This document shows, piece by piece, positions 27,901 through 36,582 of a stretch of DNA of 38,304 nucleotides. A model generated the notes under the pieces. The model worked only from the letters and a program-made list of their open reading frames with translations, was not told where the DNA came from and made no database searches. This DNA is from Synechococcus sp. (GTDB lineage: Bacteria > Cyanobacteriota > Cyanobacteriia > Thermostichales > PCC-7336): NCBI GenBank assembly GCA_051439425.1, contig JBFRWD010000124.1, positions 1-38,304 on the forward strand, read 5' to 3'. Within the stretch, counting starts at the first letter, position 1; the number at the start of each line of letters is the position of its first letter. The position numbers and the translations under genes are program-made.

Positions 27901-28846
27901 CGAATTCAGCAGAGCCTAAGTTTTCAATGGTGCCTTCATTATTGATCGTTCCGTAATTGAAGAGACCGCCAACGTTTTCGCTATCTCCGTAACCAAATCC
28001 ACCGTAGCCATATCCGCCGTAACCATATCCGCCGAAGGCACTGCCCTGGTTGGAGATAGTTCCTTGGTTATCTAGGGTGCCGAAGTTGTGGATAGCACCG
28101 TTTCCTTCCCCTAATCCCCCGTCAATACCCTCGTTATCGATACTCCCGGTATTGGTAACGGTACTGAGGTTGTAGATGTCGCCCGAGTTATCGAGATCGC
28201 CTTTGTTCGTGAAACTACCTTCCTCTAGGTTAAAGATATTTCCATATGCGTCATTTGTGAGATCTTCGCTATTGGTAACGCTTCCTTCGTTGAATAGGTC
28301 CCCATCATTAGTAAAGTCACCATCGTTATTGATAGTGCCGTCGCGAGTATTGAAAATTACACCATAATCGTTTTCAAAAATTCCGGTGTTATTGATTTCA
28401 CCTTCATTTTCGATATAACCATCATCTCCCTCATCTCCCTCATTGATGAAGAAATCTCTATTGTCGATGACTCCTTCATTAAACAGGTCGCCACTATTTA
28501 AAAATACTTCTTCGTTGACCAGGTTTCCATCATCGTCATTGATAAAGTCGCCTCTATTTTCGATTTCTCCATCGTTATCAATCGATCCATCATTCTCAAA
28601 GGTGCCACTGAAGAAGTTAGTGATAGTGCCGTCATTCTCAAGCACTGTGTCATTATCAAAAGAGCCCTCAATGTCAAGTTCGCCGTTATTGTCAAACTCC
28701 TCTGTGGCGTTGATCAGACTGCCATTTTCTCCAATGTCAATACTGCCGTTGTTGTAATACCGCTGACCATCTAACAAGATGGCTTCATTATCGATAACGG
28801 CATCATTTCCAGAAGGATTGACATTTTCAGGCAAAGACTGAGTCAT
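24914..28846 (-). CDS. Large acidic secreted protein: N-terminal beta-helix-like NxGxIxN repeats, two cadherin/Ig-like domains, RTX Ca-binding repeats
   Basis: Dozens of NxG(T/S)(I/F)xN repeats; APEAADD...GTFTYDP...DTFTYTVSD (cadherin-like); NEAPV...FSDPENDDLTF...LPEFL (putative Ig); ~10 GGxGxDxLx nonapeptides; C-terminal ADIITDF..DRIDI. No signal peptide, consistent with type I secretion. Confidence 0.85.
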   Translation of the reverse strand: MTQSLPENVNPSGNDAVIDNEAILLDGQRYYNNGSIDIGENGSLINATEEFDNNGELDIEGSFDNDTVLENDGTITNFFSGTFENDGSIDNDGEIENRGDFINDDDGNLVNEEVFLNSGDLFNEGVIDNRDFFINEGDEGDDGYIENEGEINNTGIFENDYGVIFNTRDGTINNDGDFTNDGDLFNEGSVTNSEDLTNDAYGNIFNLEEGSFTNKGDLDNSGDIYNLSTVTNTGSIDNEGIDGGLGEGNGAIHNFGTLDNQGTISNQGSAFGGYGYGGYGYGGFGYGDSENVGGLFNYGTINNEGTIENLGSAEFGGLGYGDGYDGTAFNLGHIENDGTISNEGVFVNIDVSNLFEVEGPFVPFESILGFAGEFLGDDLEEVFRDEEEALEFLSDLLENGLDGTITNKDTIENAGYLMNAGTIENNGTITNSIEEPDLGDENEFGGIIFEERGIFEEGGIIENYGSVVNNEDGTIDNSAGIFNSGDFENYGTINNDGFISTGGYGYGYSGLLGGGGYGNASFDNHGTFNNSGEVSISGSGYGDFNVQVNVIQSLDIESLGEKDGDFNNYGTFNNTGDVYITGGYGYYSRGLGGDEDGTFNNYGSFENDGYVENYGYLVNGDYDDNANAGTINNSDTIENYGTIENYGADSVINNNGTISNYGGKSPLRYGGYGYGGYDLDEYEADGGKLINYSTFNNNDTFENDGYVFNQEGGEGDGAGIINNSGTFVNDGYFENDGTFNNTGLFDDEGGILTGSGTFTGNALIIDEGTFQPDEFTVDTDFTLGGEGVLYFYGQDIDDAEGDPLLTINGDAEITSTGRVEFGVSMYGNGFNDLENGVHTLIDVTGNNDLTIAADTLADAAADVDKYDSATKEFELVQIGNDLVITVADNVAPEAADDVFSVFVEDELTGNVLEDNGNGADSDSDDDPDGNVLTVVPGSITSSSGASVTINEDGTFTYDPSGQFHLEVNDTATDTFTYTVSDQNGATDTATVAITVFGEINEAPVASPIETQITSTGAAFSFDASAAFSDPENDDLTFTAFSEGGSDLPEFLGFENGVFSANPTADDVGFYFIEVTASDAIDQETTTVFGLSVNPNGTTILGSERQDTLRGSNASESIEGLAEDDLLNGEGGQDTIKGGGGDDTLRGGTGNDRLFGNSGADSIFGGSGNDSLYGGTGEDTLSGGGQRDWLKGNDGNDELIGGNGIDTLIGGKGKDTLTGGRGERDIFRYTSRNELLTTNASADIITDFQASLDRIDIKQLFPNGASFSNKVILSQRGDNTLVMTKFGGSNYRVAELINVDASDLSSSNFII

Positions 28847-29858
28847 GGGGAATTCTCCTTGTTGCTCTTAGGCTGTTAGCGTTTGACAGATAGTGCAGAT
28901 TTTGAGGTGCAACTAAGCTGCAAAAATTAGACTCGTGTATTGACGAGCAAAAGATAGATATAAATTGTTAGCTGATTTCAATTACGGCCTTCAGTAGAGA
29001 TAAATTATCAACTAAAGACAGAGAAAAATGAGTCACAACAAGAACTACTCTAAAAAGAATAGATTCTAAGCATTGATCGAGATTAGAACGGTCTAATCTA
29101 TCTATTGAATATCAAAAGATAACTCATTCATCAAAAAATGAATTCATCAATAGAAGTAGTTCGATAAGTAGTAGACAATATTCGATGCCCAATAATCGAT
29201 ACCCTGTTGCCAAGGTACAGCGCGACACATCTCATGTATTTGTACTGCTTAGAACTATTTTTTGTGGAATTGCTAGGGTTAAATCTCTATCCAGAGAGTG
29301 ATTTTTTATGTCACCACTTACCATCGCAAAACCTATGAATAATTTTGGGGTCCGCTCCGTACTGATGTATGACTTACGTACCCGAAAATACTCTGCCCAT
29401 GAAAAATCTATAACTTTCACCCATATCTACGCGTCGATATCCATAAATAATTCTTTATCAAAACTTGTTGTTTCTCAAGCCCTAAAACCCTTGCCTGTTA
29501 ATGCTTTCATGGATTGTGAATGATGTAGGTGTAGATTGGATTTGTTTGGTAAATTTTTTGTGAAATAGCGCGAATAATACGCTCCTCAGTATTTTTACGG
29601 ATTAATAGTGTCGTCATTCATAAAACTCAGTAAGATTAACGATTAGTTGTTAACTCAATCCCAAATTCTATCTTTCGGAACTCTATCTCGCTAATCAGTC
29701 AACAGATCCAGAGTTCTAAAGATATAGACGTTCAGATATCTAGAGAGAGATTCAACTTATCGGGAACTGCGCAATAGTTAGTTAGCAAGCTAATTGAGGA
29801 ATTAGATAGGTAAGTTGCGAAGAATGGGTAAGCTGAGAGCCCAGATATTTCGCAATTA

Positions 29859-30569
29859 TTGCTTGTGCAGCGCTTTTGTGTTCTTACAACTGGTCGCTCG
29901 GGTTCTACTGCGCTAATGCAGGCGCTTGACCGGTGCAACCGTATTGGTCTTCCAGGAGCATCGATCGCTTGCCAGGATTACGAGTTGTTACACCCGCGCA
30001 ATTGCAAGACTTACGCAAGCGCCTACGAGCAGATCGTCCACCATCCCATACGAACCCCAACCGAGCTGGTTGAGGCATTTTATGCGTCATGCAAGAGGTC
30101 GGAATATGCCGGGTTTAAATCTATGCCGGTGCGCGATCAAATTTGGGATGTGTTGGGCAACAGATCTGATATTACGTTTATTACCCTGACACGAAACGAT
30201 ATTCCATCAACAATCGCTAGTTTCATGCTGGCAATTGAAAAAGGTACGTGGAAAAGGGTAGGCGGCAAGTCTCACTATCAATGGAGATTTACGCCAGACA
30301 AACGGCCACAAATCTTGAGCACCCTTTTATATTTGAAGCAGTCATTACGTGCGTTAAAGGGGGTCCCAAATGCAATCCGGTTGCGTTACGAAGATTTGTG
30401 CCAGCCAGGATACACCTCAAAAGAACTTGACGCCTACTTTGGATCTCCCATCGAGATCGAGCACCCCTTGTCTCCCACCTCTGCTGAAACATATGTGGAA
30501 AATTGGCAAGAATTTAAGAAATTTGTTCACAGTGCTTGGGAGCGTGCAGAGGCTCGGTCAGCAGTATAA
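29859..30569 (+). CDS. Sulfotransferase-family protein (Stf0-like)
   Basis: 5'-PSB loop TTGRSGSTAL, GFKSM, 3'-PB motif ITLTRND..TIAS and LRYEDL. TTG start (GTG at 29865 is an alternative). Confidence 0.72.
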   Translation: MLVQRFCVLTTGRSGSTALMQALDRCNRIGLPGASIACQDYELLHPRNCKTYASAYEQIVHHPIRTPTELVEAFYASCKRSEYAGFKSMPVRDQIWDVLGNRSDITFITLTRNDIPSTIASFMLAIEKGTWKRVGGKSHYQWRFTPDKRPQILSTLLYLKQSLRALKGVPNAIRLRYEDLCQPGYTSKELDAYFGSPIEIEHPLSPTSAETYVENWQEFKKFVHSAWERAEARSAV

Positions 30570-30731
30570 ACATACTCATCAATTGCCTTGGCATATGGCA
30601 TTGAGCCAAGCTCCGGAGAAGTGTCCGGGCTTGTACTCCCTGCTCTGCAAAGATTAGAGTCTTCCCTTATTACTCGACCTTACAAGGTGGCCAAAAGACT
30701 TAGCGTTACGTACCATCAGCTTTACACACCA

Positions 30732-31301
30732 TTACTGGCAGTCTGGTTGATGCAACCAGCAAGGTGCCCGAGATAGACCAACACAGACAGAAATGGCGAA
30801 ATTATTGGGAGTGGAGCTACCGGCAAGGGCTGTGAGTCTGTGGTTGCCTTCGATGATTGTGAAAGGGCCGGACTGTGTATGTCCCCACAAAATTGGAGGC
30901 GCCCACGCAGATGGAGACAGCATCAGGGGGATTTGCTTGCGTCGGGCAACAGAGGTTAGCTCGTTCGCATCGTTGGGAGAACTCCAATTCACGTGGTGTA
31001 TTGCCCGCAGGCTTGACATGTGCCATCTGCGTAAATGGCGAACAAAAAACCATTGAGTATCATTCGGTATTCTCGCCAGTATCGGCTGTCTATAGCTGCG
31101 AAGCAGTTTTAGTCTGAGGGAATTTTGATAATTGTCTGTTAGCGAGGGATTCGAAATCAGTTCGGAGAATTGAGTTTGCTGACTGCTCGATAACTTTGCC
31201 CACTCGGCAAACAGGAAGGCAAAGACCATGTGATGGACGCTAATCGGATTCCAGTGTTCGCTAGCAAGCGATCGCTCAAGCTCCCGAGGTATATCTTCCA
31301 A
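30732..31301 (-). CDS. Hypothetical protein with ParB/sulfiredoxin-like motif
   Basis: PPILWG..GPFTIIEGNHRLTAL matches the (D/E)GxHR ParB/Srx nucleotide-binding motif. No HTH visible; TTG start. Confidence 0.6.
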   Translation of the reverse strand: MEDIPRELERSLASEHWNPISVHHMVFAFLFAEWAKLSSSQQTQFSELISNPSLTDNYQNSLRLKLLRSYRQPILARIPNDTQWFFVRHLRRWHMSSLRAIHHVNWSSPNDANELTSVARRKQIPLMLSPSAWAPPILWGHTQSGPFTIIEGNHRLTALAGSSTPNNFAISVCVGLSRAPCWLHQPDCQ

Positions 31302-31433
31302 TCTAAATCCCGCCTATCAAATTGATTGATGTCTATTCAGCAACAAACCACACATTACGTAGATCTCTACCTCTACCCCGTCTGTAGCTGCAGTAACTCT
31401 ATCTTGAACAACCGGCATAGGTCGATAGCAAAT

Positions 31434-32198
31434 CTATTGTTGAATAGTAGCTTTCTTTTGAATAGTATATTTTGCGTTTAAATCTAGATATAGCTCTAAT
31501 TTATCTCGTAGACCGCGACGTTTGAGGGCTTGTGAGATTGCCGCATATGTATATTCAATTTGTTCGAGTTGGCCTGCACTCGACATTGACTGGTGATGCG
31601 ATCGATAACGGTAAAGGACTTCTGGTAGATGATAGATAGTTGTGACTTCTGATAGCTTTAGGCAAAGATCGTAATCTTCCGAGGATTTAAATCGAGTATC
31701 AAATCCTCCCACCTTCCAAAAGATATCTCTACGAATTAACCGGAAATGAAAGGTCATAAAATTGACCAATAAATTATCTTTAGAAAACGGTATGTTACAC
31801 CGCTTGCCAATGCCTAATTCTTGCCCCTCTGCACTCATGATGGAATGATTGGTATACACCATCCCGACATCCGGGCGCTTCTGCATAATGTCAACCGTTC
31901 GTTCTAACGCAGTTGGCATTAGAAGGTCGTCGCTATCGACTAAACCAAGACAATCACCGTTGGCCTTCATTGTTGCCTTGGCTAGAGCGGGTACTCGCCC
32001 TAGATGATCGGCCTCGTACAGCTGAATTCGCTTGTCTTGCGCTGCATACGCGCGTGCAATTTCGATCGAGCGATCGCTGGAACCATCATCCCAGAGTATT
32101 AACTCAAAATCAGGATAAGACTGAGACAAAATACTATCAATCGCTGCCGCAAGAAAGCGATCGCGATTGTAAACTGTCATGATGATAGAAATCAGCAT
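31434..32198 (-). CDS. Glycosyltransferase family 2
   Basis: ISIIMTVYN, WDDGSSD, DSDD (DxD), FMTFHFRL and EDYDLCL. Confidence 0.93.
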   Translation of the reverse strand: MLISIIMTVYNRDRFLAAAIDSILSQSYPDFELILWDDGSSDRSIEIARAYAAQDKRIQLYEADHLGRVPALAKATMKANGDCLGLVDSDDLLMPTALERTVDIMQKRPDVGMVYTNHSIMSAEGQELGIGKRCNIPFSKDNLLVNFMTFHFRLIRRDIFWKVGGFDTRFKSSEDYDLCLKLSEVTTIYHLPEVLYRYRSHHQSMSSAGQLEQIEYTYAAISQALKRRGLRDKLELYLDLNAKYTIQKKATIQQ

Positions 32199-32318
32199 GA
32201 AATTATCTCTCCCAAAACTATCAACGTCAGTAGTAAATTCAATGTCTAATTCAGGACGATCTAGATACTTTTTGCTTGAACTGATTTGAAGACTCAGGCA
32301 ACACGAGGAACACGAGAT

Positions 32319-33137
32319 TTAGTGCTTGTGTCCGGTTGTAGCCCCAATTGGTGTCTTCGCATTCTGCCCGCTGCTTGATTGTGGCACTTGCTTAGTGCGG
32401 ATCGAAAACCACGGCTTAATATCTAACTTTAACTCGTATGATTCGGCTAAGCCCCGTCGCTGCATAGCCTGTGAAATAGCAATATACGTACATCGAATGC
32501 GATCGAGTTGCCGCCCTCCCGAAACCGACTGTCTGCGAACTCTAGATTGATAGAGAACTTCCTGAAGGTTATGTATTTGGGTGATTTCCGATAATTTCAG
32601 GCATAAGCTATAATCTAGGGCGAAGTTAAATTTAGGATCTATTCCACCTGCTTTCCAAAATAAATCGGTTCTAATTAAGCGAAAATTCCCAACCATAAAA
32701 TCCAGAAGGAGGCGCTCTTTAGAATACGGAATGTTACACCGTTTCCCAATACCAAGAACTGCTCCAGTCTCATCGATTTCGGCATGATTGGTATACACCA
32801 TGCCCACCTTGGGATTGCTGTTTAGGTACAAAACAGTTCGTTCCAATGCTGTAGGCATGAGGAGATCGTCGCTATCCACCATGCCTATCAACGAGCCACT
32901 GACTTCTTTTGTGGCGGCATCCAATGCTTGGCCTTGACCCAACTGCTCGGATTCAAACAGTCGAATTCGCTTGTCTCTCTCTGCATACGATCTGGCAATA
33001 TCCACCGAACGATCGCTAGAACCGTTGTCCCAAATAATCAGTTCAAAATCAGAATATGTTTGTGCCAGAACGCTTTCAATTGCCCCTGCTACATAGCGTT
33101 CGCGATTGTAAACTGTCATGACAATGGAAGTAAGCAT
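32319..33137 (-). CDS. Glycosyltransferase family 2 (tandem paralog)
   Basis: SIVMTVYN, WDNGSSD, DSDD and LDYSLCL; colinear with the adjacent GT2. Confidence 0.92.
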   Translation of the reverse strand: MLTSIVMTVYNRERYVAGAIESVLAQTYSDFELIIWDNGSSDRSVDIARSYAERDKRIRLFESEQLGQGQALDAATKEVSGSLIGMVDSDDLLMPTALERTVLYLNSNPKVGMVYTNHAEIDETGAVLGIGKRCNIPYSKERLLLDFMVGNFRLIRTDLFWKAGGIDPKFNFALDYSLCLKLSEITQIHNLQEVLYQSRVRRQSVSGGRQLDRIRCTYIAISQAMQRRGLAESYELKLDIKPWFSIRTKQVPQSSSGQNAKTPIGATTGHKH

Positions 33138-33223
33138 TGCGTTGACTCGTAGCTGAAATAATCGCTAGCTAGTCTTCCCATATCTCCAGGGGTGGCGTGC
33201 AGAGGCAATACGGCTAACTTGTC

Positions 33224-34591
33224 TTAATTGCGCGCAGATATTGAAAGCGGCTGGATTTCCTGGTGTCTGAGACTGCACGTAGAGCGACTCCACAGAAGTG
33301 CCCCCAGCCCCACAATGGCGTTGGCGATCGCCCCCGCCAGAAACACTCCAGTAATGTCAAACAGCCAGCTACCCAGATAAGCAAGCGGAACGTAAAACAC
33401 CAACATGCGGCTGAAGGTCATCGCGAGGGATGGCAGAGGCATGCCTAGAGCATTAAACGTAGAGCTGGCGATGTAGATTGCTCCAGCAGCCATGTAGGTA
33501 ACCGGCACAATCGTCAAATAGAGCCGAGCAATGGAGGTAACATCGGGATTGCTGTTAAATACTTGGGCAATCGGCAGGGCATATGCGGCCAAAATGACCG
33601 CCACTGTCAAGCCATAAATCGCGCAAAATCGAAAACTGAGATTGAGAGCTGTGATGACGCGATCGTAGGCTTTGGCCCCCCAGTTTTGACCCACAAACGG
33701 TCCAATACTGGCTGTTAACGCCAAGATAGCGATTAAAGAGAACGACTCCACCCGCGAAGCTATTCCGAATCCAGCTACTGCAGTAGGGCCGTAACCTGCC
33801 ATCAAGCTGGTGATAAATCCGATCGCCACCGGGCTGACCACATTGGAAGCTGAGGCTGGAATTCCCACCGTCAAAATACTGCGCCAGCATCCCTGCACCG
33901 TTTCCCAAGTTGGCAGGCACAGTAGCAACATACGCTCGCGAAAATGAAGGACCAGCAGCGACGCTACCAGCGTAGTTGCTCGGGCGATTACGGTCGCCAG
34001 TGCTGCCCCTTGCAATTCCATTGCGGGAATGGGGCCAAAGCCAAAAATGAGCATCGGGTCGAGCAGTATGTTGACGCCTGCAGACACTGTCATGATGGCG
34101 CTGGGAATGGCCGTATTGCCTGCAGCGCGGATGGCGCTGTTGCCAACCATCGGTACCACCAAGAACACCATCCCCAAATACCACACCAACATGTAATCGC
34201 GAATGAACGGGAGGAGTGTTTCATCGGCTCCTAACATGCGAAACAGTGGGTTGAGGGTGAGCAATCCAATGCCCACCAATACTGCCACAATCAGCACTGA
34301 CAAGGTCAGGCTGTTGGTGGTTAGTCGCTTCACTTTTTGGCGATCGCCCTCCCCAATTGCGCGCGCCACAACAGACGATGTGCCGGTTCCCAGCCCCATC
34401 GACACACTGCCCAGCACCGTTACGACCGGAAACGTGAAGCTCATGGCTGCCAGCTCGTCGGTTCCCAGCCTAGCGACGAACAGGGTATCCACCAGATTGA
34501 ACGCAATGATGGCGAAGACGCCCCATACCATCGGCAGCGTCAGCTTGGCTAATTGAGGGCCAACACTACCCTGAGTTAGATTTTGGTGCAT
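33224..34591 (-). CDS. MATE family efflux transporter
   Basis: LTQGSV, NLVDTLFVARLG..LAA, NILLDPMLIFG, GAALATVIA and FVGQNWGA; ~12 TM segments. Confidence 0.93.
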   Translation of the reverse strand: MHQNLTQGSVGPQLAKLTLPMVWGVFAIIAFNLVDTLFVARLGTDELAAMSFTFPVVTVLGSVSMGLGTGTSSVVARAIGEGDRQKVKRLTTNSLTLSVLIVAVLVGIGLLTLNPLFRMLGADETLLPFIRDYMLVWYLGMVFLVVPMVGNSAIRAAGNTAIPSAIMTVSAGVNILLDPMLIFGFGPIPAMELQGAALATVIARATTLVASLLVLHFRERMLLLCLPTWETVQGCWRSILTVGIPASASNVVSPVAIGFITSLMAGYGPTAVAGFGIASRVESFSLIAILALTASIGPFVGQNWGAKAYDRVITALNLSFRFCAIYGLTVAVILAAYALPIAQVFNSNPDVTSIARLYLTIVPVTYMAAGAIYIASSTFNALGMPLPSLAMTFSRMLVFYVPLAYLGSWLFDITGVFLAGAIANAIVGLGALLWSRSTCSLRHQEIQPLSISARN

Positions 34592-35164
34592 GAGAATAGT
34601 TGCAGCAGGGGGTCATCGGAACGTGTCTGCATCCTATACTTGCGCCGAGTATTCTTTCCGATTAGCCAGCAGCCTTGCGACGCTTTGGAGACAATTGCAG
34701 AAACCTTTGGTGCTACGGTTGCAGCTCTGCAAGTGTTTCCATTGCGAGATCGACATGTCATTGTATGGTGCATGACGATGGACAATACCTATAGCAATAG
34801 CCTTACCGCTGCGAATATTTCAGCGATGTTCAACCTTGACTGCGATTGGAAACCTTTGTCCTCACTCAAATAGCAAACGCCATAACGTTAACTGTGTCTC
34901 GAACGTGATTGAGTTTGTCGAAAGGTTGCGCCGCGAGTTCTGTTCTCTCTAAGGCCGCTATCCTTTGCCGTTAAGCGCAGAGTTGGGGTGACTTTAGATC
35001 GAGTGACTCGCAATGCTTGCAAGTTCTGGATTTGATAGTGGAACGCTCAGGGTCTAGAGCCATGATGCTCAGATTTGTTTATGCACAACCATTGAATGAA
35101 GCCATATGGCGATTGAAAATAGGTTGAGATCGACGAACTCATGGAGGTTGGCAACAGGAGAATT

Positions 35165-36466
35165 ATGGTAACCCCCCGTTTGAGTAAGCTTGGCGAGCGC
35201 ATGTCACAGTTGACGGGTGTGCGCGCCATTATGAAGGACATCATCGAAACATTAGCAAATGCAGATGTCCAATGGATTAATTTGAGTGCTGGTAATCCGT
35301 TGATTCTGCCGGAAGTCGAGCACATGTGGCGGGATTACACCGCAGAGCTGCTGGCAGAGCCTGCGTTTGGAGAGGTGCTATGCCGGTATGGGTCTAGCCA
35401 GGGATACGAACCCTTTCTGGAGGTCATTGCCGACCACTTTCGAACAATCTACGGCTGGAATGTGACTGCCAAAAATGTCTTAGTGACTCCGGGCAGCCAA
35501 TCACTCTATTTCTTTGCGGCCAACAGTTTTGGTGGGGCTACGTCTGATGGCGATCGGCGATCGGTATTGCTGCCGCTTAGCCCCGACTACACCGGCTATA
35601 ACGGTGCCAGTTTAAATCCCGAGGCGTTGGTGGCGCTGCGGCCCAGGATTCAGCATTTGGACAATCATCGATTTAAGTATGTCCCCGACCTGGATCGCCT
35701 CCAATTAAATTCTTCGACTGGAGCGGTACTGTTCTCTCGCCCTTGCAATCCCAGCGGTAATGTTATGGCGACTGGAGATGTTCGTCGCATTGCCGATCGC
35801 GCTGCAGAATTGGCCATTCCCCTGTTGATCGACTCAGCCTATGCCCCCCCCTTTCCCAATTTGGTTTCTCAACCTATGGACCTCGTGTGGGGAGACACCA
35901 TTATTCACTGCATGAGCTTGTCAAAGGCTGGACTGCCGGGAGAGCGATTGGGGGTGGCGATTGGTGCCCCCGAACTACTCGCGCCGTTACAAGCATTTCA
36001 GGCGAATGCGGCTATTCACTCGTCTCGATTCGGCCAGGCGATTGCCGCTAAAGCGATCGCCTCCGGCCAGCTAGCATCTTTGGCTAAGAGCGTCATTCAA
36101 CCCCACTACCAACACAAGCGAGAGCGACTGGAAGTAGCCTTCGATCGCGAGATGTCGCAGGATATTCCCTGGCATTTACATGTGGGTGAAGGGGGGATTT
36201 TTGCTTGGCTGTGGCTGCAAGATTGCCCGATTAGCGATGCAGATCTCTATCAAGCCATTAAGCGAGAGGGCACAATTGTGGTTCCCGGCCAGTCGTTCTT
36301 CCCCGGTTTGCGAGAGGACTGGGACCACACCCGCCAGTGCTTGCGCATTAGTTTGACTGCTTCCGTTGAAGAGATTGAAGCTGGGGTGGCGGCGATCGCT
36401 CGGGTGGTGACTCGGTCTTACAATACTGAAGCTCGAACAACGTCACTGGTAGGACAGGCTAATTAG
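35165..36466 (+). CDS. avtA: Valine--pyruvate transaminase
   Basis: GVRAIMKDI, NLSAGNP, SRPCNPSGN, DSAYAPPFP and PLP-Lys SLSKAGLPGER. SD AGGAG at 35156 favours ATG at 35165 over 35141. Confidence 0.9.
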   Translation: MVTPRLSKLGERMSQLTGVRAIMKDIIETLANADVQWINLSAGNPLILPEVEHMWRDYTAELLAEPAFGEVLCRYGSSQGYEPFLEVIADHFRTIYGWNVTAKNVLVTPGSQSLYFFAANSFGGATSDGDRRSVLLPLSPDYTGYNGASLNPEALVALRPRIQHLDNHRFKYVPDLDRLQLNSSTGAVLFSRPCNPSGNVMATGDVRRIADRAAELAIPLLIDSAYAPPFPNLVSQPMDLVWGDTIIHCMSLSKAGLPGERLGVAIGAPELLAPLQAFQANAAIHSSRFGQAIAAKAIASGQLASLAKSVIQPHYQHKRERLEVAFDREMSQDIPWHLHVGEGGIFAWLWLQDCPISDADLYQAIKREGTIVVPGQSFFPGLREDWDHTRQCLRISLTASVEEIEAGVAAIARVVTRSYNTEARTTSLVGQAN

Positions 36467-36537
36467 TGCTGGGAACGCGTGCATTGCTCCACAACGGTTC
36501 GACCTCTGAGTAGCAGACTTGAGAGAGTTGTGACAAG

Positions 36538-36582
36538 TGCCTGGAGATTTTATGCCTGGAGATTTTATGTCTGGAGATTGAA
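36538..36582 (+). repeat. 15-bp tandem repeat x3, each containing GGAG..ATG
   Basis: TGCCTGGAGATTTTA TGCCTGGAGATTTTA TGTCTGGAGATTGAA. Confidence 0.9.

Noticed and set aside
29232..29523. 62-aa and 71-aa ORFs in the AT-rich spacer
   Set aside because: They overlap on opposite strands with no clear RBS or motif and are probably spurious.
30732..33137. DNA-modification/defence locus (ParB-like + GT)
   Set aside because: No TET/JBP, methylase, nuclease or phage context, and the GT2s look like envelope-type enzymes. Not excluded, but unsupported.
34576..34873. Short ORFs between the MATE gene and avtA
   Set aside because: They overlap each other and the MATE start and show no recognisable motif; this is more likely a divergent promoter region.
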